Assembly: GCA_043228905.1 (NCBI GenBank)
Contig: JBHGNT010000006.1
Location: 19,034,001-19,098,000, forward strand
Reading direction: 5' to 3'
Origin: Azolla caroliniana
Taxonomy: Eukaryota > Plantae > Polypodiophyta
Length of the DNA: 64,000 bases
Positions within the stretch are counted from its first letter, which is position 1; every line of letters starts with the position of its first letter. A program made the position numbers and the translations under genes. The notes under the pieces were generated by a model. The model was not told the DNA's origin. It was given only the letters and a program-made list of their open reading frames with translations, and ran no database searches. Positions 1 through 10,595 of the stretch are shown here, in pieces.

Positions 1-145
1 AGGAGAGTCTCCCCTATTTATAGGACCTAGGCCATGTAATGACATCTACCTGACAAATCATGTGCAGGGTACCCTATGACACACATTAGGTCAATCCAAT
101 AAAGCCGAAGACTCAGATATTACGGTATGTCTAAAACAATGAACA
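1..145 (-). mobile_element. End of an LTR (U3 side) of an element inserted into the RT of copia A; extends beyond the window
   Basis: Copia RT homology stops abruptly after ...ASSVGSLM. The minus strand starts TGTTCA at 145 and has CTATAAATAG near 14-23. Confidence 0.5.
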
Positions 146-2086
146 TTACATTAAGCTCCCGACGGAAGAGGCATATGGTATCTTCATCATATCCACCTTC
201 TCTACCTTCGTCTTCGGGCTTTGCTTACCGGATAACCTGCAGTTTGCCGAGAGTGTCGATCCGACCGGTTTCGCATCTGACATGTTGAACCGTTGAAGCA
301 CCTTTGTCACGTACTTCTCCTGTGACAGCCACAATTGCTTCTTTGACCGGTCCCGGATGATATGCATCCCCAATATCTTTCTTGCCGGACCCAAGTCTTT
401 CATTGAGAAGGTCTGGTTCAGAGCCTTCTTTAGTGTTCGTATCTTGACTTGGTCTCGTCCGACGATCAACATGTCGTCCACATACAAGAGGAGTATCAGG
501 AAGTCTCCACCTTCGAACTTCTTCACAAATACACAGTGATCGGCCTGCATTTTGTGGCACCCTTGATTGGTCATGAAGGAGTCGAACTTCCGGTACCATT
601 GTCGGGGAGCCTGCTTCAGTTCGTACAGGCTCTTCTTCAACCGGCAAACCAAGTGCTCCTTCCCTTTCTTCACAAATCCTTCTGGTTGTTGTATGTAGAT
701 CTCCTCTTCGAGGTCGCCGTGGAGGAATGTCGTCTTCACGTCTAACTGCTCTACCCCGAGATCCATGCTTGCCGCTATGCCCAGCACCGTCCGGATGGAA
801 GTCGTCTTCACTACTGGGGCAAATATCTCATCGAAGTCCATGCCCTTCTTCTGTTGGAACCCCTTCACCACGATCCTAGCTTTGTATCTTGGGGGGTTGT
901 CGGCATCTCCCGGTTTCAACTTGTACACCCACTTATTCTGGAGTGCCCGTTTTCCTTTCGGCAGCTCCACCAGTTCATACGTGTGGTTCTCATGCAGAGA
1001 ATCCATCTCGTCCTGCATGGCACTCAACCACTTGTGGCTATGGGTGTCCTCCTTTGCTTCTTCGAAGCTTTCCGGCTCCCCCTCATCGGTTAGCAGCACA
1101 TGCTCTGCATCCAGAAATCTCCAAGGGGCTCTTCTCCCCCGGAGAGGATATCTCTGTCCTCGGATTTTGGTAACCGGCTCATGTGTCTGTTCTTCATCCG
1201 AATCCGATTCGGGGTCTTGTCCGGTTCCAGTTTCAGCTTCCTCTCCTTCTTCTGCCAGTTCGGTATCCTCACCGTAACCGGCCAGTTCTTCGAGTGTTAA
1301 CCACCTCTTAGCCGTGTAGGTCCGAATCTCATCGATCCGCTCCTTACCGGTCGACTCGGAGTTCATTATCTTCTTCTCCGACTCCCAGTCGGCAAGGGTC
1401 TTGTCCTCCATGAAGATAATATCTAGACTCCGGAAAACCTTCTTGTCGACCGAATCCCACACTCGGTAGGCGAACTCATCATCGCCGTATCCGAGGAATA
1501 TGCAAGGCCGGGACTTTGGATCCAACTTTGCTCTCTGGTCCTTTGCAACATGCACGTAAGCGAGACACCCGAACACCTTCAAATGCCGGTAAGACACTTA
1601 CTTACCGGTCCACACTCTCTACAGCGTGTCTCTGTCGAAGGGCATTGAGGGTGATTTGTTTATCACGTACGTCGTTGTCGCCAGCACCTCAGCCCAAAAC
1701 GTCTTGGGTAACCTTGCATGTGCCAACATACTCCAAACCCTCTCCATTATGGTCTAGTTCATCCTCTCGGCCAGCCCGTTTAGTTCCGGCGTCTTCAGCA
1801 CGGTAAATTCGAGCCGGATTCCCTTCGAGCGGCAGTACTCCTCGAACTGCCCCCGGTATTCTCCTCCATTATCTGCTCGAACCGGCTTCAGCTTCCGGTC
1901 GGTTTCTCTTTCCACTCTTGCGTGCAGCTCCTTGAAGAAGGATAACACCTGATCCTTCGTCTTCAACGGTGTGGCCCACAACTTCCGGCTATGGTCATCT
2001 ATGAACGTCACGAAGTACTGTGATTCGGCATGTGACTTCGTGTCCACTTGACACACATCAATATGCACTAGCTCTAGTGGTGCATT
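146..2086 (-). pseudogene. pol: Copia A integrase and reverse transcriptase, interrupted
   Basis: Motifs FIDDHSRK, RADNGGEY, PELNGLAERMN, KARIVVKGFQQ, QLDVKTTFLHG and LYVDDML; stops/frameshifts between the ORFs. Confidence 0.9.
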
Positions 2087-2090
2087 ACGT

Positions 2091-2898
2091 TGTCATAGTG
2101 TAATTTACACACTATGTGGAAATTGTGTTTTGTCCATCCGGATAGAGAATGAAATACCTAGTGAGAACCGGACAAAGAGGAACCGGCAAGGAGGAATCGG
2201 CAAGGAAGAGCCGGATGAAGAAGGCCGGTGAGAGTCTCTTACGGGATGAAGAGACACAATTGTAAATAAAAGAAACATTAAAATTTCTGTTACTTGCATA
2301 GGGCAGGATTCAAACCCTGCACCTCCATGCAGACAAACTCCAACCTTACCATTATACTAACTTATTCTGAGTGTCAAATAATATAGATTTAATACGTATA
2401 AAACCTTTATTTTCGCCTACCTTTATTAAAAGGTAAGTCATGCATTTTTAGAATGCGTGAAAACTTTATATGCACACTAATAAAATTACGCATGCACATC
2501 TAGCGGGCATGAATGCTAAATTTAGGAAATCGTAGTGGGAAAAGTAAAGCATGCAAATTTAGAGAGCATGAACACTTTAGAAAAGCAAGAAGTTATGCTT
2601 AGCCTCTTCCGTCCTTATATGAGGAGAGAAAGATATATAAGGGTTGGTTATTTTTTTGGATTAAGTATTGATCAATATAAAAATTATTCGTGGGATTCAC
2701 AATTTATGCATCTACTTCTTTCTTAACAACCTAAGTACCAATTAATATAGTATACTCATGTGATTCACGAGTTTCTTATCTTTCTCTTTGCTATCTACTC
2801 ATAATTAATCTCTATCTCACGATCTCCTTTCTCCTAGTCCAAAACCCCAGCAGTTCCCACCCGACTCACATAACGATCCGGCGCCGAGAGGCACGACA
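2091..2898 (+). mobile_element. Solo LTR (TGTC...GACA) with 4-bp TSD ACGT
   Basis: ACGT at 2087-2090 and 2899-2902; removing the insert plus one ACGT restores the copia sequence seen in B (gcgct-acgt-ctcgtcgg). Homologous to 37978-38750. Confidence 0.85.
2296..2366 (-). promoter_or_regulatory. tRNA-like Pol III A/B-box cassette inside the solo LTR
   Basis: Minus strand reads TAGTATAATGGTAAG...GCAGGGTTTGAATCCTGC; 44 nt from the A-box T to the B-box G. Confidence 0.6.
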
Positions 2899-3397
2899 AC
2901 GTTTCATCGGTGGCCTTGATCGGAAGGAGGTCCGGTTTTGCTTACCGGCCAGGCAGTCAGTGCACCTCTCATGATGCACGTCCTTCACCAGAATGAGGTT
3001 GTCATCAGCAAGCCTCTTCATCCCCTTCTCGCTCATGTGACACAGTCTCTTGTGCCATAGCTCACCGGCAATGTCGAATGCAACGTTCACTTCTTCCCGG
3101 CATAACCGGGCATTCATCAGGTACAGTGTGTTGACTTTCCAGGCCCGAGCCACTATCAGGCTCCCCTTGCTGAACTTCATGACACAGTTCCGAATGCTAC
3201 CCGTGTAGCCTTCATCATCTAACTGACCGGCTGATATCAGGTTCAATCGAACCTCCGAAACGTGTCAGACATCCTTCAGCAGCAGCTTGCATCCTTTTAG
3301 TGTTGTCAACCACACATCTCCTATGCCGACAATTGGGCATGTACCTTCATTCCCCATCCGGTCACAGTTGTGCTCACTGGCTGTGTAGGATGAGAAG

Positions 3398-3530
3398 TGT
3401 CAGGAACTCTATTAAGGCAGAGAAGGAATTAGTACTAAAAGAAGGATTAGTACTATTGTTGGGGAATAGTACTAAGACAGAGAAGGATTAGTACTATGAG
3501 AGGTGTCGAACTTTGAGAGAAGGAATGAGT

Positions 3531-3580
<50 letters not shown>

Positions 3581-3870
3581 TGATGCGAAAGATATATGTA
3601 TTATATGATGGAAGATATACAACAGTAGTTAGAAGGCTTAAGACTGGCGTTGAACCGATTTGGTTCGAACTAATGCCTTGCGCCTCCTTTTATAGTGTCT
3701 TCAGGAATACTCCTGAAGTTTCTAGAATGTTCCAGAGAAATCTGGAATATACATCAATTTCCTAATAAAACCTAAATGAAAATAATATCCTTCAAATTAC
3801 AACTCATAACCTAATGGTAAAGTCTCGACCCGTGTAACAAAAGGTTATGGGTTCGAGTCTAGTTATGACA
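3398..3870 (-). repeat. 3' LTR of the chromovirus (473 bp)
   Basis: TG...CA termini; differs from the 5' LTR only by (GA)n length and one visible C/T change. Confidence 0.95.
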
Positions 3871-6800
3871 CTATCCCCCCTTTAAAACGACGAGTTTCAC
3901 GAGTCGTTTTGGATTGAGGACCCGGTTTCTCGGGATATCGTCGATGGAAGTCTTCTAGAAGAGCACGAGCATTGGTCACATTCTCGATCGGTTCCCAAGT
4001 ACGCTCGCTGGGACTATATCCTAGCCAATCGACTAGATAGTAGAGCTTGTTGCGAACAATCTTGGAATCGAGGATGGCAGCGACCTCATACTCAGGTCCA
4101 TCTTCGAGCTCGATAGGAGGTGGAGGTTGTATAGTACGTCCTGGGATAGTGCTCTCGTGATAGGGTTCGAGGAGAGAACTATGAAACACCGGGTGTATCC
4201 GAAGTTGCGGAGGTAGCTCGAGACGAAAAGCGACATCATTAATCTTCCCGATAATACGGAAAGGACCTAATCGTCGATAATCCAACTTCTCACATGGGCG
4301 AGTAGTCTTGATGTGTCGTCGTAGCAGCCACACCCGATCTCCAATGTTAAAACTGGATGGAAGTCGATGACGATCTGCGTAGTCCTTGTGTGATTGTTGA
4401 GCTTGCTGGAGTTGAGTAGATAAATCCGCTTGTATCTTGCGTAACCGCTCCAAACGATCCTCCGCGTAAGGATTTGTGGACACTTCTGGGGTTTCAAGGA
4501 CACACCACCGGGGATGATATCCCGTATAAGCGTAGAATGGCGTGACTTTAGTCGATGCGTGGATAGCGTTATTATAGGCAAATTCGGCGAACGGAAGAAT
4601 ATCTGCCCAGTCATTCTGATGATAGTTGAGAAAGCACCGCAGATACTGCTCCAGTGTTTGATTTGTTCGTTCGGCTTGACCGTCGGTTTGTGGGTGGTAG
4701 CCGGAGGAGAGGTTACAAGTGACCTTCAGCATTTTAAAAAGGTGCTTCCAGAATTTTGACACAAACTGGGGTCCACGATCGCTGATGATATTATCAGGGA
4801 GTCCATGATGCCGACATACTTCCCGCATGACAATTTCGGCGGTGTCTTCACTAGATATTTCTTTAGTACATGGTAAGAAATGAGCCATCTTCGTATATCG
4901 ATCCACCACTGTGAGAATCGCACTGAATCCCTTAGAGACTGGAAGATCTGTAATGAAGTCAAGAGCAATGGATTGCCATGGCTTGCTTGGAATTGGTAAT
5001 GGTTCTAATAAACCATATGGATGATGTCTTGGCATTTTCGCTCTGCAGCATGTATCGCAAGTCCGAACAAAATCTTCGACAAATTGTCGCATACGGGGCC
5101 ACCAGAATGATCGTTGTACTAAATCTAATGTTTTAGTACTACCAAAATGTCCTGCTGTATATGTGTCATGGCAGTTTTGTACTACTCGAAGGCGGCAAGA
5201 ACCATTAGGAACATACAAAAGTTCTTTAAAGAAGAGTAATCCATCACAGTATTTGAATTGCCGATAATCCGTACCTGGTGATTGTGATTGTGAACATGAC
5301 GCTCGAGAGGGGTCAATTTGTGCTAGTATAGCTTGGGCGAAAGCGTCAGTCTTCAAGTCCTCACGTATAGTATTGGTAATGTCGGAATCCACGGGCATGT
5401 CAAAGATCTGTGCTGCTTGCAGTCGTGCTGGACCCAAGATTACTTGCTTCTGGTTATCGAAAGCTGGCTCACCGGGACGTGGTGTTAGATACGAACGCCG
5501 TGATAATGCATCTGCCTTCCCTTGGTGCTTCCCCGGACGATATGTAATTTTGAAGTCGAAGCGTGTGAGGAAATGGGCCCACCGAGCTTGACGTCGATTC
5601 AGTACACGAGCATCTTGAAAGTAGGCAAGGTTCTTGTGGTCACTGAATACAGTGACCTGATGAGGAGATCCCTCCAGGAAATGCCTCCATTGCATAAAAG
5701 AATCAACTATTGCTAATAGCTCTTTATCATGAATTTCGTAGTTGATTTCGGCGGCGTCAAACTTACGGGAGTGGAAAGCCACAGGATGTAGCTTCTCGTC
5801 GTTACCCTGTTGTGACAGAATGCTCCCCAATGCGAAATCCGATGCATCAGCTTCGATAATGAATGGTTTTTCCGGATCCACATGACCTAAAATTGGAGCT
5901 GATGTAAACGCCTTCTTAAGACTCTCGAAAGCCATGTCCGTCTCTTTAGACCAAATGAATGATTGTCCCTTCCTGGTGAGCTGTGTGAGAGGCAGCACAA
6001 TTTTTGAGTAATTTTGTATGAACTTCCGGTAGAAATTTGCAAAGCCTAGGAAGCATTGCACATCCCGCACCGAACGCGGAGTGTGCCATTCTATCACCGT
6101 TTTGACCTTGGCTGGGTCCATAGATATGCCTTCTGAGGAGATGACATAGCCGAGAAACTCCACTTGGTTGCACCCGAAACTACATTTCTCTAACTTTGCA
6201 TACAGACCATGTTCTCGAAGTCGTTTTAGTACTAATAGTACATGAGAATCATGTTCTTCTTGGGTCTTTGAATAAACCAGTAGATCATCCAAATAGATGA
6301 TCAAAAAATCATCCAAGAGGTCTCGAAATATATCATTCGCCATGTGCTGGAAGACTGCCGGCGCATTAGTGAGTCCGAACGGCATGACCGTATACTCGAA
6401 GTGCCCATATCTGGTGCGAAACGCGGTCTTCCATTCATCTCCTGGTCGGATCCGTACGAGGTTATAGGCTCCTCGTAAGTCGATCTTCGTGAAGAACCTG
6501 GCACCGTTGATCCGTTCTAAAAGACTTGAGATAAGGGGAAGAGCATACCTATTTCTTACTGTGACCTTATTCAAGCCACGGTAATCTACAACGAGTCGAA
6601 GCGAGCCATCTTTTTTCTTGACGAAGAAAATGGGTGCGCCGGCTGGAGATTTCGAATGCCGAATGAAACCGTTCTCCAAATTCTCCTCTATATAGGCTCG
6701 AAGGACTTCTAGCTCGGTTGGTGACAAATTGTAGATCGGCCCCCATGGCGGCTCTTTTCCCGGTTGTAAGTCGATGGCGCAGTCGTACGGCCGATGATGA

Positions 6801-7459
6801 GGAAGTGTGTTGGCTTGTACTTTATCGAACACATCAGCATACTGACGATACTTCTCGGGAAGTTGAACGGTGGACTCCTCTTTGGTGGTGCTGGAGGGTT
6901 GTACTGATATTGCAAAGAGAAACATTTCCTCCTTGCGCCCTTCCTCACGCAACTGACGTAGCGAAATGGTTGCAACCTTCTGGGTAGATCCTTGGGTTTG
7001 TCGCAACCGGATTTCCCTTGTCCTCCAATCTATGTCTGGGTCATGTAACTCGAACCATGGTAATCCTAAAACTATGGGATGTTCTGGAATACTAATAATA
7101 TTAAATGATACTACACATGTTAAGTTATCTAGGACAATATTAACGGGTTCCGACTCTTCTATGATATTACCAGAAGCAATGGGACGACCATCAATGACTA
7201 CTACTGAGGCTGGACATGGGAGCTTTCTTAGAGATATCTGATGAGCTCGGGCAAAATTCCTATCCATGAAGCAAGAATTAGCTCCGGAATCTAGAAGGGC
7301 TAAGGTATGTACTGGAGGGGTACTTTTAGTACTAACTGCTACTTGGACTACGAACACATCACTAACTTGCTTAGAGGGAATGGAACCACTAATGGGCTGC
7401 ACAGATCTAGGGCTGTCCAACCAAACGGCTCCTATTTTGGCTGGACTTAGTCGTTTAAC
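3863..7459 (-). CDS. pol: Pol: protease-RT-RNase H-integrase-chromodomain, probably expressed by -1 frameshift from gag
   Basis: LLDSGA, YLDDLL, EADASDFALG, DFITDLP, HPQTDGQAER, GPF and the C-terminal EYEVAAILD...YLVDWLGY...TWEP chromodomain. The frame is open back to the slippery site. Confidence 0.95.
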   Translation of the reverse strand, partial: VKRLSPAKIGAVWLDSPRSVQPISGSIPSKQVSDVFVVQVAVSTKSTPPVHTLALLDSGANSCFMDRNFARAHQISLRKLPCPASVVVIDGRPIASGNIIEESEPVNIVLDNLTCVVSFNIISIPEHPIVLGLPWFELHDPDIDWRTREIRLRQTQGSTQKVATISLRQLREEGRKEEMFLFAISVQPSSTTKEESTVQLPEKYRQYADVFDKVQANTLPHHRPYDCAIDLQPGKEPPWGPIYNLSPTELEVLRAYIEENLENGFIRHSKSPAGAPIFFVKKKDGSLRLVVDYRGLNKVTVRNRYALPLISSLLERINGARFFTKIDLRGAYNLVRIRPGDEWKTAFRTRYGHFEYTVMPFGLTNAPAVFQHMANDIFRDLLDDFLIIYLDDLLVYSKTQEEHDSHVLLVLKRLREHGLYAKLEKCSFGCNQVEFLGYVISSEGISMDPAKVKTVIEWHTPRSVRDVQCFLGFANFYRKFIQNYSKIVLPLTQLTRKGQSFIWSKETDMAFESLKKAFTSAPILGHVDPEKPFIIEADASDFALGSILSQQGNDEKLHPVAFHSRKFDAAEINYEIHDKELLAIVDSFMQWRHFLEGSPHQVTVFSDHKNLAYFQDARVLNRRQARWAHFLTRFDFKITYRPGKHQGKADALSRRSYLTPRPGEPAFDNQKQVILGPARLQAAQIFDMPVDSDITNTIREDLKTDAFAQAILAQIDPSRASCSQSQSPGTDYRQFKYCDGLLFFKELLYVPNGSCRLRVVQNCHDTYTAGHFGSTKTLDLVQRSFWWPRMRQFVEDFVRTCDTCCRAKMPRHHPYGLLEPLPIPSKPWQSIALDFITDLPVSKGFSAILTVVDRYTKMAHFLPCTKEISSEDTAEIVMREVCRHHGLPDNIISDRGPQFVSKFWKHLFKMLKVTCNLSSGYHPQTDGQAERTNQTLEQYLRCFLNYHQNDWADILPFAEFAYNNAIHASTKVTPFYAYTGYHPRWCVLETPEVSTNPYAEDRLERLRKIQADLSTQLQQAQQSHKDYADRHRLPSSFNIGDRVWLLRRHIKTTRPCEKLDYRRLGPFRIIGKINDVAFRLELPPQLRIHPVFHSSLLEPYHESTIPGRTIQPPPPIELEDGPEYEVAAILDSKIVRNKLYYLVDWLGYSPSERTWEPIENVTNARALLEDFHRRYPEKPGPQSKTTRETRRFKGGIVS

Positions 7460-8616
7460 TCTTCTTCTAATTGGCTAAGGACATCAAATTTGTTTGCGAG
7501 ATTCGGACTATTAGTACTATTAGGACTATTATGACTATGAGGATTATCAGAGATTCCTACTGACATAGACTCGGGTTTAGTATAGTCAGAACTAACAATG
7601 ACTTGGTTTACCTGCCTTCTTGGTCTATGGGGACAGTTTATCGCGATATGCCCTGGTCCACCGCAATAAAGGCATAATCGGTTTGTTCGGCGTCGTTGCT
7701 TTTCCTCCTCCGATAGCGGCCCACGACGACGTGTAGTGTCAATTTCCATTAGAGTTGGAGTACTTACTGGAGGCGCATTATGTGACTCCCTTTGAAAAGG
7801 TTTCGCTACCATTGAGGCATAGGTAGGCTCGGATCTTGCCCTCGGCATCTGAAATTGTCGTTCCGAACGTCGCTCGAAGAGGCGGTTGTCACATCTGACC
7901 GCTCGACTGATTGCTTCTGTTAATGATTTTGGCTCTTCAGGGAAAGTCAAGAGTAAATCCTTGACATCGTTGCGTAGACCATAGCGGAACTGCTCCATCA
8001 ATGCTTGATCATCCCAGGGGATATCGGCGGCGAGTAGGCGGAAATCTGCAGCATATGCGGAGGCTGGACGGTCACCTTGGCGTAATCGCCGGATTTTGTT
8101 GATTGCAGTCCTTATGCTGTCAGTATCTCCAAAACATGCTTTAAACTCACTTATGAATTCTTCAAAATTATTTAGTACTGGAGATTCCTTTTCTAGTAGC
8201 GGTGCGAACCATGCTAATGCTGAGCCAGTTAACAACGTGCCTACTAAACCCACTCGTGATGCATCGGTGGGATATCGGGACGGATGCATTTGAATAACTA
8301 ACCGTACCTGGTTAAGAAACCCTCTAAACTGCGATCGCGTTCCATCGAACTTCGTGGGAAGGCCAATCTTGGGTTCTTTATGAATCCCTTGTGCTCCGTG
8401 CCCTTGTTGTTGCATTGCTACGATGGTTGCTTCGAGTTGTTGCACGCGTAACGCAAGTTCCCCATGCTGTTGTTGCGTTTGCTGCTTTTCTAAGGAAATT
8501 TGCTGAAGATCCCCCAACAAGCGTTGATTTTCTTGTTCCAAAGCATGAAACTTCTCTTTCAAGCATTGAAATTCCGAGAAAACGGATTGATACTCTTCAG
8601 CGCTAACGGTGGCCAT
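7447..8616 (-). CDS. gag: Gag with N-terminal coiled coil, retrotransposon capsid and CCHC zinc knuckle
   Basis: PTKFDG, LRQG...AYAADF, FRYGL and CLYCGGPGHIAINC; 389 aa intact. Confidence 0.95.
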   Translation of the reverse strand: MATVSAEEYQSVFSEFQCLKEKFHALEQENQRLLGDLQQISLEKQQTQQQHGELALRVQQLEATIVAMQQQGHGAQGIHKEPKIGLPTKFDGTRSQFRGFLNQVRLVIQMHPSRYPTDASRVGLVGTLLTGSALAWFAPLLEKESPVLNNFEEFISEFKACFGDTDSIRTAINKIRRLRQGDRPASAYAADFRLLAADIPWDDQALMEQFRYGLRNDVKDLLLTFPEEPKSLTEAISRAVRCDNRLFERRSERQFQMPRARSEPTYASMVAKPFQRESHNAPPVSTPTLMEIDTTRRRGPLSEEEKQRRRTNRLCLYCGGPGHIAINCPHRPRRQVNQVIVSSDYTKPESMSVGISDNPHSHNSPNSTNSPNLANKFDVLSQLEEELND

Positions 8617-8694
8617 GGGATGAAGGAAAAGGGAAATAAGAGACTAGTAGGAAAGGAGAGAGACAGAAGGAAGAGGGAGACTAGTAGGAGCAAA

Positions 8695-8706
8695 ATCGGT
8701 TCAAAC
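8695..8706 (-). promoter_or_regulatory. Non-tRNA primer binding site, self-priming type (full site about 8693-8706)
   Basis: GTTTGAACCGATTT follows the LTR and lacks TGG; it is complementary to AAATCGGTTCAA at 8945-8956 of the same LTR. Confidence 0.8.
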
Positions 8707-8839
8707 TGTCAGGAACTCTATTAAGGCAGAGAAGGAATTAGTACTAAAAGAAGGATTAGTACTATTGTTGGGGAATAGTACTAAGACAGAGAAGGATTAG
8801 TACTATGAGAGGTGTCGAACTTTGAGAGAAGGAATGAGT

Positions 8840-8875
<36 letters not shown>

Positions 8876-9165
8876 TGATGCGAAAGATATATGTATTATA
8901 TGACGGAAGATATACAACAGTAGTTAGAAGGCTTAAGACTGGCGTTGAACCGATTTGGTTCGAACTAATGCCTTGCGCCTCCTTTTATAGTGTCTTCAGG
9001 AATACTCCTGAAGTTTCTAGAATGTTCCAGAGAAATCTGGAATATACATCAATTTCCTAATAAAACCTAAATGAAAATAATATCCTTCAAATTACAACTC
9101 ATAACCTAATGGTAAAGTCTCGACCCGTGTAACAAAAGGTTATGGGTTCGAGTCTAGTTATGACA
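8707..9165 (-). repeat. 5' LTR of the chromovirus (459 bp)
   Basis: Direct repeat of 3398-3870; TATAAAAG on the minus strand at about 8982-8989. Confidence 0.95.
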
Positions 9166-9170
9166 AGAAG

Positions 9171-10140
9171 CATTTCTGGTTCGGGGTCAGGTGGAACGAT
9201 GCTCCGGAATCGACAACCCCCGTTGTCTCGTCGCCGGCAAGGTTCAACTCACTCTCCTCGGTGATGAGCATCAACTCTTCTTCACTTTCCGCGATTGTCG
9301 TCGTTCCCTTCCAGTCCGGTCCTCGCTGATCTAAACCGTTTCGGTCCTGTGACTTCTTCGAATCGGTACTATCGGTTCCCTTAACTTTCCAAAAATGCTG
9401 ACAGTTTTCCTGGAAGTGTCCCAGCTTGCCGCAATAGAAGCAAGTGGGCCTCCCCCTTGACTTTGACCACGTACCCGACTTTTCCTTGTTCTGGGGACTC
9501 TGATTCCTTTGTCTTCCGCGTTCTAATTCGGTAAGGAGCGCTTTGGATTCGGAGCTCGTATCCTTGTCTTTTCGACGCGCCTCCTTATCTAGCAAGCTCA
9601 ACTTGACTCTTGCTAGGGATAACTATTTTCCTTCCGGCCTGGCGTTACGCAAAGTGACAACTAATGTCTCCCAGCTATCCGGGAGGGAACAGAGCAGGAG
9701 TAGTAGAGCAAGTACCTCATCAGTGAGAGGTACTTCCAATGATGTTGCCTGGTGAATCAGCCCCTAGAAGGCATTCATGTGCTCCGCATACTGGAGCCAT
9801 CTTGGTACCAGAGTCTTACTAGCTTCCGGAATACCGAAACTCGATTAACAACATTTTCGTTCTGAAACATAATGTCGATCTTCTCCCAGAGCTCATGAGC
9901 CTTACTCTCCTCATTAAAGTTGTTGTACAGGCTCATGTCGATGAAGCACTGTATGTACGTTGTTGTCTTCATGTGCATCACCTTCCATATCGTGGCATCG
10001 ATCTTGTCCAGTCTCTTGTCCCCGAACTGAACCGGCAACCAAAGATCTTTGACCAAGAGCATGTCCCTCATCTTCGACTTCCACGTTGAGTAGTTGGAGC
10101 CAGTGAGCTTCAACATGCCTCCCAACGAATCTTCCATTTT
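9171..10140 (-). pseudogene. gag: Copia A gag to protease
   Basis: LTGSNYSTWK, CFYCGKLGHFQENC and VVDSGASFH; frameshifted. Confidence 0.88.
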
Positions 10141-10153
10141 TCTGTGTCGTTTC

Positions 10154-10165
10154 GCTCTGACACCA
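10154..10165 (-). promoter_or_regulatory. PBS (tRNA-iMet) of copia A
   Basis: TGGTGTCAGAGC, one mismatch to TGGTATCAGAGC, 3 nt from the LTR end. Confidence 0.8.
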
Positions 10166-10437
10166 AATTGTAGAAAAAAAATATGCGGAATAATCTTCGA
10201 CCACAACCGAGACTTAGATCACTTAATGATAATCAAACATAGAAAGATGAGAAATGGAAGTAGGTACACAAACAGAAGAGAATGCATAGGATGTTAACGT
10301 GGAAAACCCTAAACGAGAAAAACCACGGGAGTTCACAAACTCCAACTATCACTATGTCGAGATGAATACAACAGGTAAACACGGAGGCATCGACCTCGTG
10401 CTCACAATCTTCGCTTGGCGGCGGTTACAATAGAGAC

Positions 10438-10440
<3 letters not shown>

Positions 10441-10512
<72 letters not shown>
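10441..10512. repeat. (CT)n microsatellite within the copia A LTR
   Basis: Direct reading. Confidence 0.95.
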
Positions 10513-10515
<3 letters not shown>

Positions 10516-10595
10516 CTCTACTACGCTCTATACAGCAGATACACCAATAACACTATACAAAAATAATGACAACACAATGATACACACTACGTTTG

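Larger units (their letters stand above)
3398..9165 (-). mobile_element. Intact Ty3/Gypsy chromovirus (Tcn1/sushi-like)
   Basis: TSD AGAAG (3393-3397, 9166-9170); LTRs 3398-3870 and 8707-9165; uninterrupted gag and pol; PPT AAAGGGGGGATAG next to the 3' LTR. Confidence 0.97.

Noticed and set aside
3863-8616. Domesticated PEG10/RTL1-like host gene
   Set aside because: Flanked by near-identical LTRs and a TSD, so it is a recent retrotransposon insertion.
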